Below are positions 25,387 through 34,694 of a stretch of DNA of 41,362 nucleotides, one piece after another. The stretch is from a virus (lineage: Duplodnaviria; Heunggongvirae; Uroviricota; Caudoviricetes). Both the position numbers and the translations under genes were made by a program. The stretch is from IMG/VR virus record IMGVR_UViG_3300022555_000015; one strand, given 5' to 3'. The notes under the pieces were generated by a model. It saw only the letters and a program-made list of their open reading frames with translations, made no database searches and had not been told where the DNA came from. How positions within the stretch are numbered: the stretch's first letter is position 1; each line of letters starts with the position of its first letter.

Positions 25387-25706
25387 GAGTTCTCCCACGG
25401 ATTGTTCTTCAGAAGCTCTTCGGCAGATGTGATATCTTTGACTCTGACAAGAAGAAACTTGAGGGCTTCAATCTCAGTCTTTCCTCGGGCCTGGATGGTT
25501 CTCCTGGTGTTGTAGAGGTCCGTCACTTCGGCCATGTAGATACCGAGACTGGTGTAGTCCTTGAGGGCACGGTAGCCGTGGAACCTGTGAGTCTGGACAC
25601 CCAGGTCTGAGGTCAAGGAGTCCTTGTCGGGCTGTAGAACCTTGATGATCTGGTCCACGATGTCAGCCTTACGGGTTTCGGCTTCGTACTGTGAGAGCTT
25701 CTTCAT
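25383..25706 (-). CDS. family G single-domain protein
   Basis: YMAEV...QARGKTEIEALKFLL. Confidence 0.8.
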   Translation of the reverse strand: MKKLSQYEAETRKADIVDQIIKVLQPDKDSLTSDLGVQTHRFHGYRALKDYTSLGIYMAEVTDLYNTRRTIQARGKTEIEALKFLLVRVKDITSAEELLKNNPWENS

Positions 25707-25963
25707 GGTAGTTTCTTACCCCATGCCTCCCAAGCCACCTTGATAGCCGACTGGAGGAGATTCTCCAGGGCTTGAATCTCGGTGGTACCATCTTGGGACC
25801 ATGCACTCTCATCAATACCAGGACACTCGACGGTAGCCAGATGGGTTCCATTGTAGCGGCTACCTGGAGTCGGTACATAGTCTCTCACCGTGACCACGGC
25901 ATTGTTACCCCAGAGATAGGTGAGCTTGTCAATGATGGATTGTCGATGCTGTGCTTCAGTCAT
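25703..25963 (-). CDS. family G single-domain protein
   Basis: HLATV...SQDGTTEIQALENLL. Confidence 0.8.
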   Translation of the reverse strand: MTEAQHRQSIIDKLTYLWGNNAVVTVRDYVPTPGSRYNGTHLATVECPGIDESAWSQDGTTEIQALENLLQSAIKVAWEAWGKKLP

Positions 25964-26318
25964 CGTAGTCTTCGACCTTGGTAAGCACCATGAGATGCCA
26001 ACCGATTGGGGATTGTGTCTTCAACCCTAGTCGAGTCAGGGCTCCGGTGATTCTCCGGTGACAACCACCTGTAGCCTGAACCTTGATGGGGTCAAATGTG
26101 TTCGTTTTCTGAAGAGACTTTGTAATGGCAAGACCCCAGTAACGTGTAAGGATTGTCCCTAGACTCGTTGCAGGGTAACCACCTTCTACAAGACATACCC
26201 CCAGAGGTTTCAGGATTGCCCGTACTTCGGGTATACCCAATCGGAAGAGTTCTTCCGATGACTCCAGGACAGTCCCCCAGAACAGATAGGCGGTACTCTC
26301 TGACCAGACGGGTTTCAT
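25956..26318 (-). CDS. hypothetical protein (start revised from 26390)
   Basis: ATGA overlap at 26315-26318. Confidence 0.7.
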   Translation of the reverse strand: MKPVWSESTAYLFWGTVLESSEELFRLGIPEVRAILKPLGVCLVEGGYPATSLGTILTRYWGLAITKSLQKTNTFDPIKVQATGGCHRRITGALTRLGLKTQSPIGWHLMVLTKVEDYDD

Positions 26319-26803
26319 GACCTGAGCTTCATGTTCTTGAGAAGGCTCTTGAGTGCCTTGAGCTCGGTGAGTCCAGAACCCGTTCGGCACGGGCCTTCCA
26401 CGGTTTCCACCTTGGCTACATAGCCACCCTCACACTTGGGACCAAGACCGTACTTTGGATCAGCCCCGTAGTCCCTGGAGACGATGACTTCCGCCATGGG
26501 GTCCTTGTAATGACTACGGATGACTTCTGCCAGAGCGTGCTTCCTACTCTCAATCTGTTGACGGTTGAGGATGACCTTCTTCTTGGGGAGAGGCTCATCC
26601 TCAACAACGTCATACTTTAACAGCCAGATAGACTCACCGTTGAGTTGAGCAAGGAGCATCTTGTAATGCTCAGTGTAGTACTCGTAGGTCTTAGTCACTG
26701 AGTTCTTGCACTTCTCAATCTGTGCTTCAGTGGCAAGGGTGATGGTGTCACCCTTCCGAATGGTGCCGAGAGGTCCGAAGTTCAGGTCTTTTGCGGCTCG
26801 CAT
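26315..26803 (-). CDS. protein with C-terminal family G domain
   Basis: YVAKV...TGSGLTELKALKSLL. Confidence 0.8.
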   Translation of the reverse strand: MRAAKDLNFGPLGTIRKGDTITLATEAQIEKCKNSVTKTYEYYTEHYKMLLAQLNGESIWLLKYDVVEDEPLPKKKVILNRQQIESRKHALAEVIRSHYKDPMAEVIVSRDYGADPKYGLGPKCEGGYVAKVETVEGPCRTGSGLTELKALKSLLKNMKLRS

Positions 26804-26804
26804 A

Positions 26805-27263
26805 CTACTTCCAGTACTTCTCCGTCACCACCCGACGAAGGTCCCGAAGGGCCATGATCTCGTTCTTACCCCGGCCACACAGGGGAAGGATGAAATGGTT
26901 GTTTGAGAAAGCTGAAGCGAAATAGGGACCGGAGGTATCCGCTCCCGATAGCTTTCCAGCCCAGCCCATGGGACCACGGAGGGGCTCATCTTCCTTGCCG
27001 AAGGGGAGCCGCTGGGTGTCCACGAAGTTGATCTTACCCCTGGAAATGTCCAGGATTTCCTGTGCGAGCTTGGCCTTGCGGGCTTGGGCCTGAGCCGGGG
27101 ACAGGACACGGACGGCCTTGGTATGGGTACCTTCGGTAGTCATGTCCGCTCTGATGAGCTTATCCAGAGCGGGGTCACCCGTACTTCCGGTCTTGAGACC
27201 CTCCTGGAAGCCCTTGCTGAACTTCTCACACTCGGGATTGGTGTCATTCATGGGATTACTCAC
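26805..27263 (-). CDS. protein with C-terminal family G domain
   Basis: LSPAQAQARKAKLAQEIL...CGRGKNEIMALRDL; matches C-terminus of 27260. Confidence 0.8.
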   Translation of the reverse strand: MSNPMNDTNPECEKFSKGFQEGLKTGSTGDPALDKLIRADMTTEGTHTKAVRVLSPAQAQARKAKLAQEILDISRGKINFVDTQRLPFGKEDEPLRGPMGWAGKLSGADTSGPYFASAFSNNHFILPLCGRGKNEIMALRDLRRVVTEKYWK

Positions 27264-29059
27264 TTGTACTTATCCTTGACAGTAGCCAGGAGGTTCTTGA
27301 GTGCCTTGAGTTCCGTGGTTCCCCCAACCACCATGTTCGGGTCGTTATGGTGATTCCTTGCCACGATGAAGTACGGGCCAGGATCACCCACATACCTCAT
27401 GTGGTGAGCGATGGAGAGAACCATGCTCTGTAGGGAGACTGAAACATCCATGTTGTAGGGGATACGGAACATCTCAGTGTACTTGATGGTACTCTTAGAG
27501 GCAGAGATGATTTCCCGGACAAGCTCCATCTTCCGAGCTTCGGCCTTGGCAGGACTGAGCTTCTTGGGCTCCGGGTTGTGCTCCGGGTTGTGCTGGAAGA
27601 ATCCAAGGGCACATCCCTGGGCTTCAGTGTACTCCTGCATGGTCAGACATCCAGGATGGACATAACCCTTGTGAAGCTCAAGGAAGATGTAGTCTCCCTT
27701 ACAGAAGTCCTTGTTGCACCGGATACAGGTTCCAGGGACTCCTGCAATGATCTTCCTGGAGAACTTCTTGATGGGGATTTCAGCCTTCTGGCTTGCCAGG
27801 GTATCCTTGAGGGTTTCAGCCTTCATACTTGCCAGGGCATCCTTGGACATGAACTTCATGGCTTCCATGGCATTTGTCAGAGCAAGATCCTCGGTTTCAC
27901 CCTTGTAAATGAACTTCCGGGGAGCATTCTGGTCTTCCTTCCAAGCATCAATGAAGCAGTAGGCAGGGTCACTGAGCTTGGCAGGTACGGTGTTGACCTT
28001 GACATTATTGAACCCCTTGGAATAGAGGAAGTCAGTGATTTCCTTGCAGAGACCCTCGGTCTTGGCCTGGGCAGCAAGATTCATCCCCTGCTTCCGAAGA
28101 TCCTGGAGAGCATCCAAGTAAGTATCCCCAGTACCCTGGTACTTCTTGTAGAAACTCTTGGGATCATTCACACCGAGAAAGACCATTACACCCGTGAGGG
28201 GTGAGGGGGCCTTCCCCGGTGAAGAGATTGAAACCGTGATATCGTTCCGGGTTCGGAAGAGCTTGGCAACCACGTCCAGAAGGTTTCTGGTCTGGGCCTG
28301 GACATCCTTCTCCACCCTCTCGACTTCCTCCAGGAGAGCCATCATGGCATAGGCATCCTTACTTCCATTGCCAGTGTAGGTCTTCACAGTGCCCTTCTTG
28401 TTTACTACGGCAACTGCTTCCCTGAAGAGATTCTTGCCGGGGCTCTTGGCAGCTTGCAACCACACGTTCACTTCGGTTCCGGGATGCAGCCGGTGAAGAA
28501 CCTGAGCAATCTGTTCCCGGACCTTCGAATTCTCATCCATAGGATGAAACACCCTTTCCTTGATATTTCGGATCAGGTCTTCCAGTGCCTCGATTTCAGA
28601 GTTACCCTTACTATGAAGGGTAGCCACTGTGCCACACTTGTTGCTCAGGTTGACGGTGTAGAAGAACATACCGTCAACCTGCTTGCACTCAGGCCCCTCC
28701 ACCGTATTGAAGGAGTAGGCTTCGGAGAGAAGCCTGATGGCTTCGTTCCTGAGACGTTGGGCTGCGATGGACATGTTAAGTCCAGGGGTGCTGGCTTCCT
28801 TGGGCTCCATTCCCCGGTCCAGGTTGATGATGCCCAGGAGCATCTGGAGGGCCTCTTCCTCGGTCTTCCCGTAGCCAGTGTAGGCTCCCCTCACGTTGTC
28901 CTTGTCCATCGTCTTGATGTCCAGCAACTTCGCATGGACGAGCACCCCCATGACCGTACTTCCCCTGGGGGGACTGATTTCACCCTTGTAAATCTGGGCG
29001 TTCTGGTTCCTGAGAAGGGCACCTAGAACTGCGGAACGGAGGCTTTCAATGGTTTCCAT
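27260..29059 (-). CDS. 599-aa protein with six family G domains and a Zn-finger-like insert
   Basis: GKTEEEAL, GNSEIEAL, GSKDAYAM, GDTYLDAL, GETEDLAL, GTTELKAL; CIRC...HPGC. Confidence 0.85.
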   Translation of the reverse strand: METIESLRSAVLGALLRNQNAQIYKGEISPPRGSTVMGVLVHAKLLDIKTMDKDNVRGAYTGYGKTEEEALQMLLGIINLDRGMEPKEASTPGLNMSIAAQRLRNEAIRLLSEAYSFNTVEGPECKQVDGMFFYTVNLSNKCGTVATLHSKGNSEIEALEDLIRNIKERVFHPMDENSKVREQIAQVLHRLHPGTEVNVWLQAAKSPGKNLFREAVAVVNKKGTVKTYTGNGSKDAYAMMALLEEVERVEKDVQAQTRNLLDVVAKLFRTRNDITVSISSPGKAPSPLTGVMVFLGVNDPKSFYKKYQGTGDTYLDALQDLRKQGMNLAAQAKTEGLCKEITDFLYSKGFNNVKVNTVPAKLSDPAYCFIDAWKEDQNAPRKFIYKGETEDLALTNAMEAMKFMSKDALASMKAETLKDTLASQKAEIPIKKFSRKIIAGVPGTCIRCNKDFCKGDYIFLELHKGYVHPGCLTMQEYTEAQGCALGFFQHNPEHNPEPKKLSPAKAEARKMELVREIISASKSTIKYTEMFRIPYNMDVSVSLQSMVLSIAHHMRYVGDPGPYFIVARNHHNDPNMVVGGTTELKALKNLLATVKDKYK

Positions 29060-29065
29060 GGTTCT

Positions 29066-29092
29066 CTTACCGTAGCCTTTGAGATTCTTAAC
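29066..29092 (-). promoter_or_regulatory. bipartite motif; ATG 6 nt downstream
   Basis: GTTAAGAAT-N12-GGTAAG-agaacc-ATG(29059). Confidence 0.85.
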
Positions 29093-29098
29093 TCGAAA

Positions 29099-29431
29099 TC
29101 AGATGGACAGGACCAGAAGATGCCAACCGGGCTCCTGGGGAGCAATACCCCTGGAAGCCATGAAATTCAGTATGCGTTCCCGCCACACCAGCCGAAACAC
29201 AGGGGGCAGGAGGGGTTCATGGTCATAGTCACTACGTTCCTGGAGGGAATCCAGGGCAGCGATCCCGAAGATGTCTACCTCTCCGGTGCCTCCCGTTGTG
29301 AAGGCAACCCCCTCGGAAGCCAAGGACCGCTTGAGCTCTTCCCAATCCTGGTTGGTGCCAATAGCATCATGGAACTCCGACTCATCCAGGAGAACCCCCC
29401 AGAATAGGGCTGCGGAGACGGTGGAACTCAC
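29099..29431 (-). CDS. hypothetical protein
   Basis: GTGA-coupled 110-aa ORF. Confidence 0.7.
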   Translation of the reverse strand: MSSTVSAALFWGVLLDESEFHDAIGTNQDWEELKRSLASEGVAFTTGGTGEVDIFGIAALDSLQERSDYDHEPLLPPVFRLVWRERILNFMASRGIAPQEPGWHLLVLSI

Positions 29432-29799
29432 AGGCTGGTTCCTTTCAGGGTGCCGTCCTTGACCATGGCTTCCACCAGGGACCGAAGGGCTGAGAGACGG
29501 GTGTTCCCGGTGCCTTCCCAGGTCTTGTGGCAGTCATAGGCAACCGCCTTGAACTCACCCTCGGTCATGTCCTCCGGGAGTAGCTGAATCTCGGAGGGGT
29601 ACCAGTTGTGGTCTGCCACCACTTCCCAAACCGTCCCCTTCACCTGGACCACCCTCACTCGACCAATGTCCGGGTTCCGAAGGTTCCCCAGGATTTCGTC
29701 CAGGTACATCTCCATCTGGGCTTCCGCATTGAACCTTACGGCAAGGCTGGACTGCCTCTGGATGTGTGTATGAACTTTTGTGGCCCATGCGAGGTTCAT
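29428..29799 (-). CDS. protein with family G domain
   Basis: FKAVAY...EGTGNTRLSALRSLV. Confidence 0.75.
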   Translation of the reverse strand: MNLAWATKVHTHIQRQSSLAVRFNAEAQMEMYLDEILGNLRNPDIGRVRVVQVKGTVWEVVADHNWYPSEIQLLPEDMTEGEFKAVAYDCHKTWEGTGNTRLSALRSLVEAMVKDGTLKGTSL

Positions 29800-29815
29800 G
29801 TTGTTCCTCCCCCTA

Positions 29816-29842
29816 GTTACTGTAATCAGCCCGAATCTTAAC
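29816..29842 (-). promoter_or_regulatory. bipartite motif; ATG 16 nt downstream with SD
   Basis: GTTAAGATT-N12-AGTAAC-tagggggaggaacaac-ATG(29799). Confidence 0.8.
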
Positions 29843-30270
29843 TCAAAATCGTCAACCTACCCCAACCTACATTACCTCACCAAAGTGAAGGTAGGGTTGT
29901 AATGTTCTTCCGGGTCAAGGTAGTAATTTCTATTGATGTGCAACCCCAAGGGCTCCTGGGGCACCCTAATAAGTAGAGATGCCATGTCACTTTTGGGCTT
30001 CGGGAACTGTCTTTAGGTAAATCGACTGGAGGGTGTCACAAACTCCCGTCTACAGGGGTGGGTAGGTAAAACGCAACAAGACGACTCAAGGATGCCCTTG
30101 AGTTGGTAGGAAATCCCCATGTCACGGATTTGAGAAATAGTTGGAGTCCTGAACCGTGAAACAAACTGCAACGGTTCGGGGCCGAGATTCGTGAGACAGC
30201 CATCAGAGAAATCGACATCCCCGTGTCCAGGAACGGGTGGCAACGGAGCATTAGTAACAAGGAGTCCAAG

Positions 30271-30564
30271 ATGGGTGTAGTTCTTCCGTTCACCGGCAAG
30301 TTGGTTCGTCCGATCACTGATTGTCAGCACAACTGGCAACCTGTACCTATGGAGATGGCCTGCTATGAATGTTCCAAGTGTAAAATCATTGGTAGGAAAT
30401 CTCACGGTTTGATTGCCCCCAGTGAGAGTGCCAAAGTAGGAGTCAAGAACTCCCACAAGAGGGCAAAGGAAATGGAGTTCCTCTTCGGGGAGATTGCTAA
30501 GGCCAAGATGCAGAGGTCAGAGGAACGCAGGCATGAGATTATGAACTTCTACCCTGATGTGTAG
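30271..30564 (+). CDS. putative zinc-ribbon protein, family J (start revised from 30223)
   Basis: AAGGAG SD; CQHNWQPVPME...YECSKCKIIGRK; paralog of 14306. Confidence 0.7.
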   Translation: MGVVLPFTGKLVRPITDCQHNWQPVPMEMACYECSKCKIIGRKSHGLIAPSESAKVGVKNSHKRAKEMEFLFGEIAKAKMQRSEERRHEIMNFYPDV

Positions 30565-30566
30565 GT

Positions 30567-31607
30567 TCAAAGGTCTTCCAACCCATTGGGTACAACCCTT
30601 TGTCTCATGTGTCCACCATGAGTTTGAACATGGTCGGGTCGGACAAACTTCCCGACACAATCTCGGAACTCTCGGTAGGAGAACTCACGGGTGACTCTCA
30701 CCACATAACCTTCCATGGGATTGTTCTGAAAGGCAGGTTTGAAGAGAGACTTGATGTGTGCTTCATCCCAGGGTCCACGATAGAGCTCCAGGACCATCTT
30801 CAACCCCATGAGTTCAGCCCATTCCTTTGTCTCATCCCAGGAGAGGCACAAGTTCCGGTCTGTCCAGAGGGAGAACATCAGGAAGTAGTGTGGTAGGTTC
30901 TCATAGTGGATGGAGTGTGTAGCATAGAGATTTTCACCACACACCCTCCAATCCTTGGGGATGTCAAACCCTACCTGGGCTTGTAGTGCCCGTACCCGGT
31001 TCCTGGACTCATGGGCATGGTAGTCCAGGGACCGGGCATGGAGCCCGTCCTGGTAGAAGGTGGTGTTCTCCCCGTCCATCTTGACCGTGACCACAACCTC
31101 AGAACCCTTCAATACCTTGAGAGACTCCTGGGTATGAACCCGGTCATCCTTGGTGAACCCGGGGGACCAAGGGAGATGGTATGTCCGTGGGTACTTCACC
31201 CGATTGGTGAATAGATGAAGTACGGGTTGGAGAATTCTTTGAACGCTCTCATCAAAGAAGAGTTCCCCGATCATCCTCATCCCGTTTGGGAGAATCAGGT
31301 TTCCCCACTTATCCCATTCTTCATCTGGGTAAAGATGTTCTGGGAGAATTATGTTCTTGATCCCACAGAGTCTACGGAGTTCTTCGCAGGATAGGACAGT
31401 GGACTCAGCCTCTCGGTGATGGACTTCACAGAGGGTAGCACCGTTATCAATGTAGTAGCCTTCTGAGACTCCCCACAACCGACGCTCAATGATGTGGTGA
31501 CTGTCCAGGTGACAGTCACCCCTCTCACAGACCACACACTTATGACCATCCCGTTGGAAGACACCTTCCCGAAACTCGGTTCTTGTTAGAAACGTCTTGG
31601 TCTGCAT
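30567..31607 (-). CDS. HNH-domain / RNA ligase fusion protein
   Basis: N-terminal CVVC...SHHI...N..TLCEVHH; ligase motifs KYPRTYHLPWSPG, KMDGEN, CGEN, EGYVVR, KFVR. Confidence 0.8.
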   Translation of the reverse strand: MQTKTFLTRTEFREGVFQRDGHKCVVCERGDCHLDSHHIIERRLWGVSEGYYIDNGATLCEVHHREAESTVLSCEELRRLCGIKNIILPEHLYPDEEWDKWGNLILPNGMRMIGELFFDESVQRILQPVLHLFTNRVKYPRTYHLPWSPGFTKDDRVHTQESLKVLKGSEVVVTVKMDGENTTFYQDGLHARSLDYHAHESRNRVRALQAQVGFDIPKDWRVCGENLYATHSIHYENLPHYFLMFSLWTDRNLCLSWDETKEWAELMGLKMVLELYRGPWDEAHIKSLFKPAFQNNPMEGYVVRVTREFSYREFRDCVGKFVRPDHVQTHGGHMRQRVVPNGLEDL

Positions 31608-31783
31608 GGTCTCTGGAACAGGGCCTTTCTTCGTTCGGCTCTGTTCTTTGGGATCTTATCGAGGAAAGCTTCACTCTCACCGGCCACCGTAGTTGGTGCA
31701 TGGATTACAAACTCTGTATTTGTTGCAGTTACAGAGTCAAAGGTAACCTCTGTCAACCTACCGTTGGTTAGTAGCTCTCCCAT
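31586..31783 (-). CDS. hypothetical protein
   Basis: 65 aa, basic NRAERRK tail. Confidence 0.55.
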   Translation of the reverse strand: MGELLTNGRLTEVTFDSVTATNTEFVIHAPTTVAGESEAFLDKIPKNRAERRKALFQRPCRPRRF

Positions 31784-32028
31784 TGTACACCTTTCAGGTC
31801 TAACCAGATACCTTCAGGAACTCTGTTCCCTGTATCACCCCAGCCAAAGACACAACCTTCGGGATAGCCCCTCTTGGCTAGGTCATCGTGAATCTCTGGA
31901 AGGTGCCCAGGTTCGCAGAGACAGAGAACCAGGGTCTTAGTCCCTTGATACGGACAAACCCTTACCGCCTTGACCCAGCGAGGCAGAGGGGAGAGTACAG
32001 CTAGAAGTGTCTTAGTGCTGAAGGACAT
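31768..32028 (-). CDS. hypothetical protein
   Basis: First ATG after motif at 32043-32069. Confidence 0.7.
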   Translation of the reverse strand: MSFSTKTLLAVLSPLPRWVKAVRVCPYQGTKTLVLCLCEPGHLPEIHDDLAKRGYPEGCVFGWGDTGNRVPEGIWLDLKGVQWESY

Positions 32029-32042
32029 GGCAATCTATGTGG

Positions 32043-32069
32043 ATTACCACACTTGGTCCAAAACTTAAC
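32043..32069 (-). promoter_or_regulatory. bipartite motif; ATG 14 nt downstream
   Basis: GTTAAGTTT-N12-GGTAAT-N14-ATG(32028). Confidence 0.75.
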
Positions 32070-32079
32070 TTGGAAATAA

Positions 32080-32397
32080 CTAAGGAGTTGGTTGAGCCTG
32101 AACTTGGGTCTTGTGTCTCACCCAGAGGACATCTTCCTGATCCTCGATGCCTTCCATCAGGGATTCCAGTTGAACCTCAGTGAAGGGGTACATCAAGGGA
32201 GTGCCCTTGATTTCTTCCTCACAACCCTCCAGGGTTGCGCCGAACTCCACCCTGTCCTGGAGGAGTCTCACTGTGGGCTCCCAATCGTACTTGGAGTTGA
32301 GATGCTCTCCAAGCCGAATGGCATTGTTGCTCACGGGCCTGTCAGAGTTGTAGGTAAGTCCAAAGTACTTGAACAGGTCCAAAACACTAGTGATCAT
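32080..32397 (-). CDS. hypothetical protein
   Basis: 105-aa ORF in run. Confidence 0.7.
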   Translation of the reverse strand: MITSVLDLFKYFGLTYNSDRPVSNNAIRLGEHLNSKYDWEPTVRLLQDRVEFGATLEGCEEEIKGTPLMYPFTEVQLESLMEGIEDQEDVLWVRHKTQVQAQPTP

Positions 32398-32418
32398 TGA
32401 TGATTTCCCTTGTAGGGG

Positions 32419-32601
32419 TTATCGACCGTAGTAGGTTCTCAGGTCTTGGGGGTCAATGCGAATGAGTCTGCCGATTGAATAGGCCGGGATCTTCCCCTCG
32501 GCTACCTTGCTTCTGATGGATTTTTCGGATACCCCGTACTTCTTGGCAGCTTCGTTCGGACTGAGGAAGTCGGTCATTACTGGGTCTTCATTACTGGTCA
32601 C
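32419..32601 (-). CDS. excisionase/MerR-like HTH DNA-binding protein
   Basis: FLSPNEAAKKYGVSEKSIRSKVAEGKIPAYSIGRLIRIDPQDL. Confidence 0.85.
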   Translation of the reverse strand: MTSNEDPVMTDFLSPNEAAKKYGVSEKSIRSKVAEGKIPAYSIGRLIRIDPQDLRTYYGR

Positions 32602-32615
32602 AGTTGTACTTACTC

Positions 32616-33062
32616 CTAGTTGGCCTGGAAAGGAACCTGGAAAACAGCAACGGTTCCATAATCCATTACTATTACCGTTGCCATCGAAGGGTCAACGGCA
32701 GAATTCAGGTCATCTCCCATTTTCAGGTGGTTCAGAGATCCCTGGATACCGTCCCGCAAGGCAAGGCCCCGTGCATAGGGAACCTCACCCCGGTCCCGAA
32801 TCTCCTGCCAGTTGTACCCAGGCACAGTGATGTCTGCGAAGATGGAGCCCAGTTCGGTGTTCACGTTCAGCAGGAGGATGACAACAGCATTGGGGTCCAA
32901 TCCCCGTTCCTTGATGCGTCGGGTGAAGTGCTGAACACGGTCCCACTGGAGTTCCAGCGTTCCACGGCAGTTGATCTTTTCGACTGCCTCAATGACCTCA
33001 CAGGCATCCGGGTCAATGAGAACCAGCTTGCCATCCACCACTTCAACACGGGCCAGTGTCAC
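32616..33062 (-). CDS. hypothetical protein
   Basis: GTGA-coupled to RNA ligase. Confidence 0.75.
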   Translation of the reverse strand: MTLARVEVVDGKLVLIDPDACEVIEAVEKINCRGTLELQWDRVQHFTRRIKERGLDPNAVVILLLNVNTELGSIFADITVPGYNWQEIRDRGEVPYARGLALRDGIQGSLNHLKMGDDLNSAVDPSMATVIVMDYGTVAVFQVPFQAN

Positions 33063-34345
33063 AAAGCACCCCTATTCTGTCGGGCCATGATACGTTCGGC
33101 ATTGTCAATCACGGTGTCCAGGAAGGAGTCATTCCAGGTACCTTCCTTCTTGTTGGATTCCAGGAAGCTCTGGAAAGAGTCCACCTTGCCAGAGAATCTC
33201 ATCATCAAAGGGGGGAGCCACAACCCCTCTTCCTGAATCTTCAGGGCAAGGGACTTTCGGGGGTTCTCGGAACCCAGCGTGACCGGGATCAAGCGGTCAT
33301 AGGCACCCTCATAGAAGACCGAGAGAACCTTGAATCCCTCCAGGTACCTCTGCCCTGTGTCCTGGACACTCTGGGGCAGCATGGGGAACACATCATCGTG
33401 CTTGCCGAGCATGATGACCTCCATGAGTGCCCTCGGAGAGTTCGCAACGGAGTCCCGGATACGGTTGAAGGCAAGGTAAGCCGGGTTCTTCACCTTGAGT
33501 CGGTCATACCCGTACAGGTTCCTGGCCCTGACAACCACCCCTTCGAACTGGCTGGGTTCCTTGGATGCCACGAACTCCAGGAGCTCTGCTACCACCCCGA
33601 AGCTGTAGGTCTTTGGGGTAGGGAGCCCCGCAGGGACAACATACTTGGGGTCCTTTTCCTCTCCAGTATCCGGGTATCTGACAGCCAGGAGAGTGATCCC
33701 ATAGTCCTTGTAGTCCACCACCACCCGGTTGAGGGGGCTAGTGATCTCCCAACAGAGTGTAGCCCTGGAGTCCCCAAAGAAGGTCTGGGTGAAGTACTTG
33801 AAGAATTCCCGTGGAGTTGTGTCAGTACCCGTCACCTGGAGTTCCTGGAACCAGAGGGGGTTGGACCGTCTGAGGGTTTCCCACAGGCAGACTTCGAAGA
33901 GAGTCCTGAAGGTGTGCGTGCCGAACCCATCAATGAGATGGTCTGCCTCTGGGACAGAGCGAGTCCCTACACACCATTCTCCGGTGAAGATGTCCCGGTA
34001 GAGGATGCCCAGCGTCCCGTCCAGCTTCTCCAGGTAGACCGTCTCCGGGTCCGAGAAGTCGATTTCCTTGGCCGAACCTTGCCCGTAGTTGAAGAACCTG
34101 TCCATCGGACGGGCCAGAACCACTGTTTCTCCTAGCGGGAGACTGGTGTCAATGACAGACCCGTCTACCTTGGCGATGATCAACCCACGGCACTGACAGG
34201 CCAGTGGGTCCGATTCCTTGGACTCGATCTGATCGTAGTTCAGGGACATCTTGTGCTTCGAAGCCGAAAGGGTGTTCTTAATCCCGTGGGCTTCCTTGAG
34301 TTCTGCCAGGGTGTGAGTCTTGAGGTATTCTTGGACGTGGAGCAT
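33059..34345 (-). CDS. T4 Rnl1 (RnlA)-like RNA ligase
   Basis: LNYDQI, CQCRGLI, MDRFFNYGQ, EKLDGTL (motif I), WEITSP, EGVVV, LKVKNPAY. Confidence 0.85.
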   Translation of the reverse strand: MLHVQEYLKTHTLAELKEAHGIKNTLSASKHKMSLNYDQIESKESDPLACQCRGLIIAKVDGSVIDTSLPLGETVVLARPMDRFFNYGQGSAKEIDFSDPETVYLEKLDGTLGILYRDIFTGEWCVGTRSVPEADHLIDGFGTHTFRTLFEVCLWETLRRSNPLWFQELQVTGTDTTPREFFKYFTQTFFGDSRATLCWEITSPLNRVVVDYKDYGITLLAVRYPDTGEEKDPKYVVPAGLPTPKTYSFGVVAELLEFVASKEPSQFEGVVVRARNLYGYDRLKVKNPAYLAFNRIRDSVANSPRALMEVIMLGKHDDVFPMLPQSVQDTGQRYLEGFKVLSVFYEGAYDRLIPVTLGSENPRKSLALKIQEEGLWLPPLMMRFSGKVDSFQSFLESNKKEGTWNDSFLDTVIDNAERIMARQNRGAL

Positions 34346-34357
34346 GGGGATGTTACC

Positions 34358-34612
34358 CTATTCCTCGGGACGGGGGTCGAAGAGCTTCTTGAACTTCGCC
34401 ATGTGGGCACTGTCCACACTGTAGATGTTCTCCCCAGTCAGGCAATCGAAGATGTGGCCCTCTTCGATGGCTTCCGTCAGGAACATCTGGAGATGGTCAT
34501 ACAGGGACAGGACTGCCTCCGGGAGGGAAGCAAACCCACCGTCCCAATGGCCGATGGTGTGGTTCCCTTCGGTGCCTTTGACCGTTGCTTCGGGCCAATA
34601 GCGGTTGTCCAT
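34358..34612 (-). CDS. hypothetical protein
   Basis: ATG 6 nt after motif. Confidence 0.75.
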   Translation of the reverse strand: MDNRYWPEATVKGTEGNHTIGHWDGGFASLPEAVLSLYDHLQMFLTEAIEEGHIFDCLTGENIYSVDSAHMAKFKKLFDPRPEE

Positions 34613-34618
34613 GCCTCT

Positions 34619-34645
34619 ATTACCATTGACTTCCTGAACCTTAAC
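34619..34645 (-). promoter_or_regulatory. bipartite motif; ATG 6 nt downstream
   Basis: GTTAAGGTT-N12-GGTAAT-agaggc-ATG(34612). Confidence 0.8.
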
Positions 34646-34694
34646 TAGAAATCGTAGATAAACCGTAGACAGCCTGAGTTCCCCCTAGTTTACG

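Noticed and set aside
29843-30270. ORFs 30013-30456 and 30036-30317, and a weak hairpin at 29863-29904
   Set aside because: No recognisable motif, coupling or start signal; the ORFs overlap the better-supported 30271 gene; the stem is imperfect.
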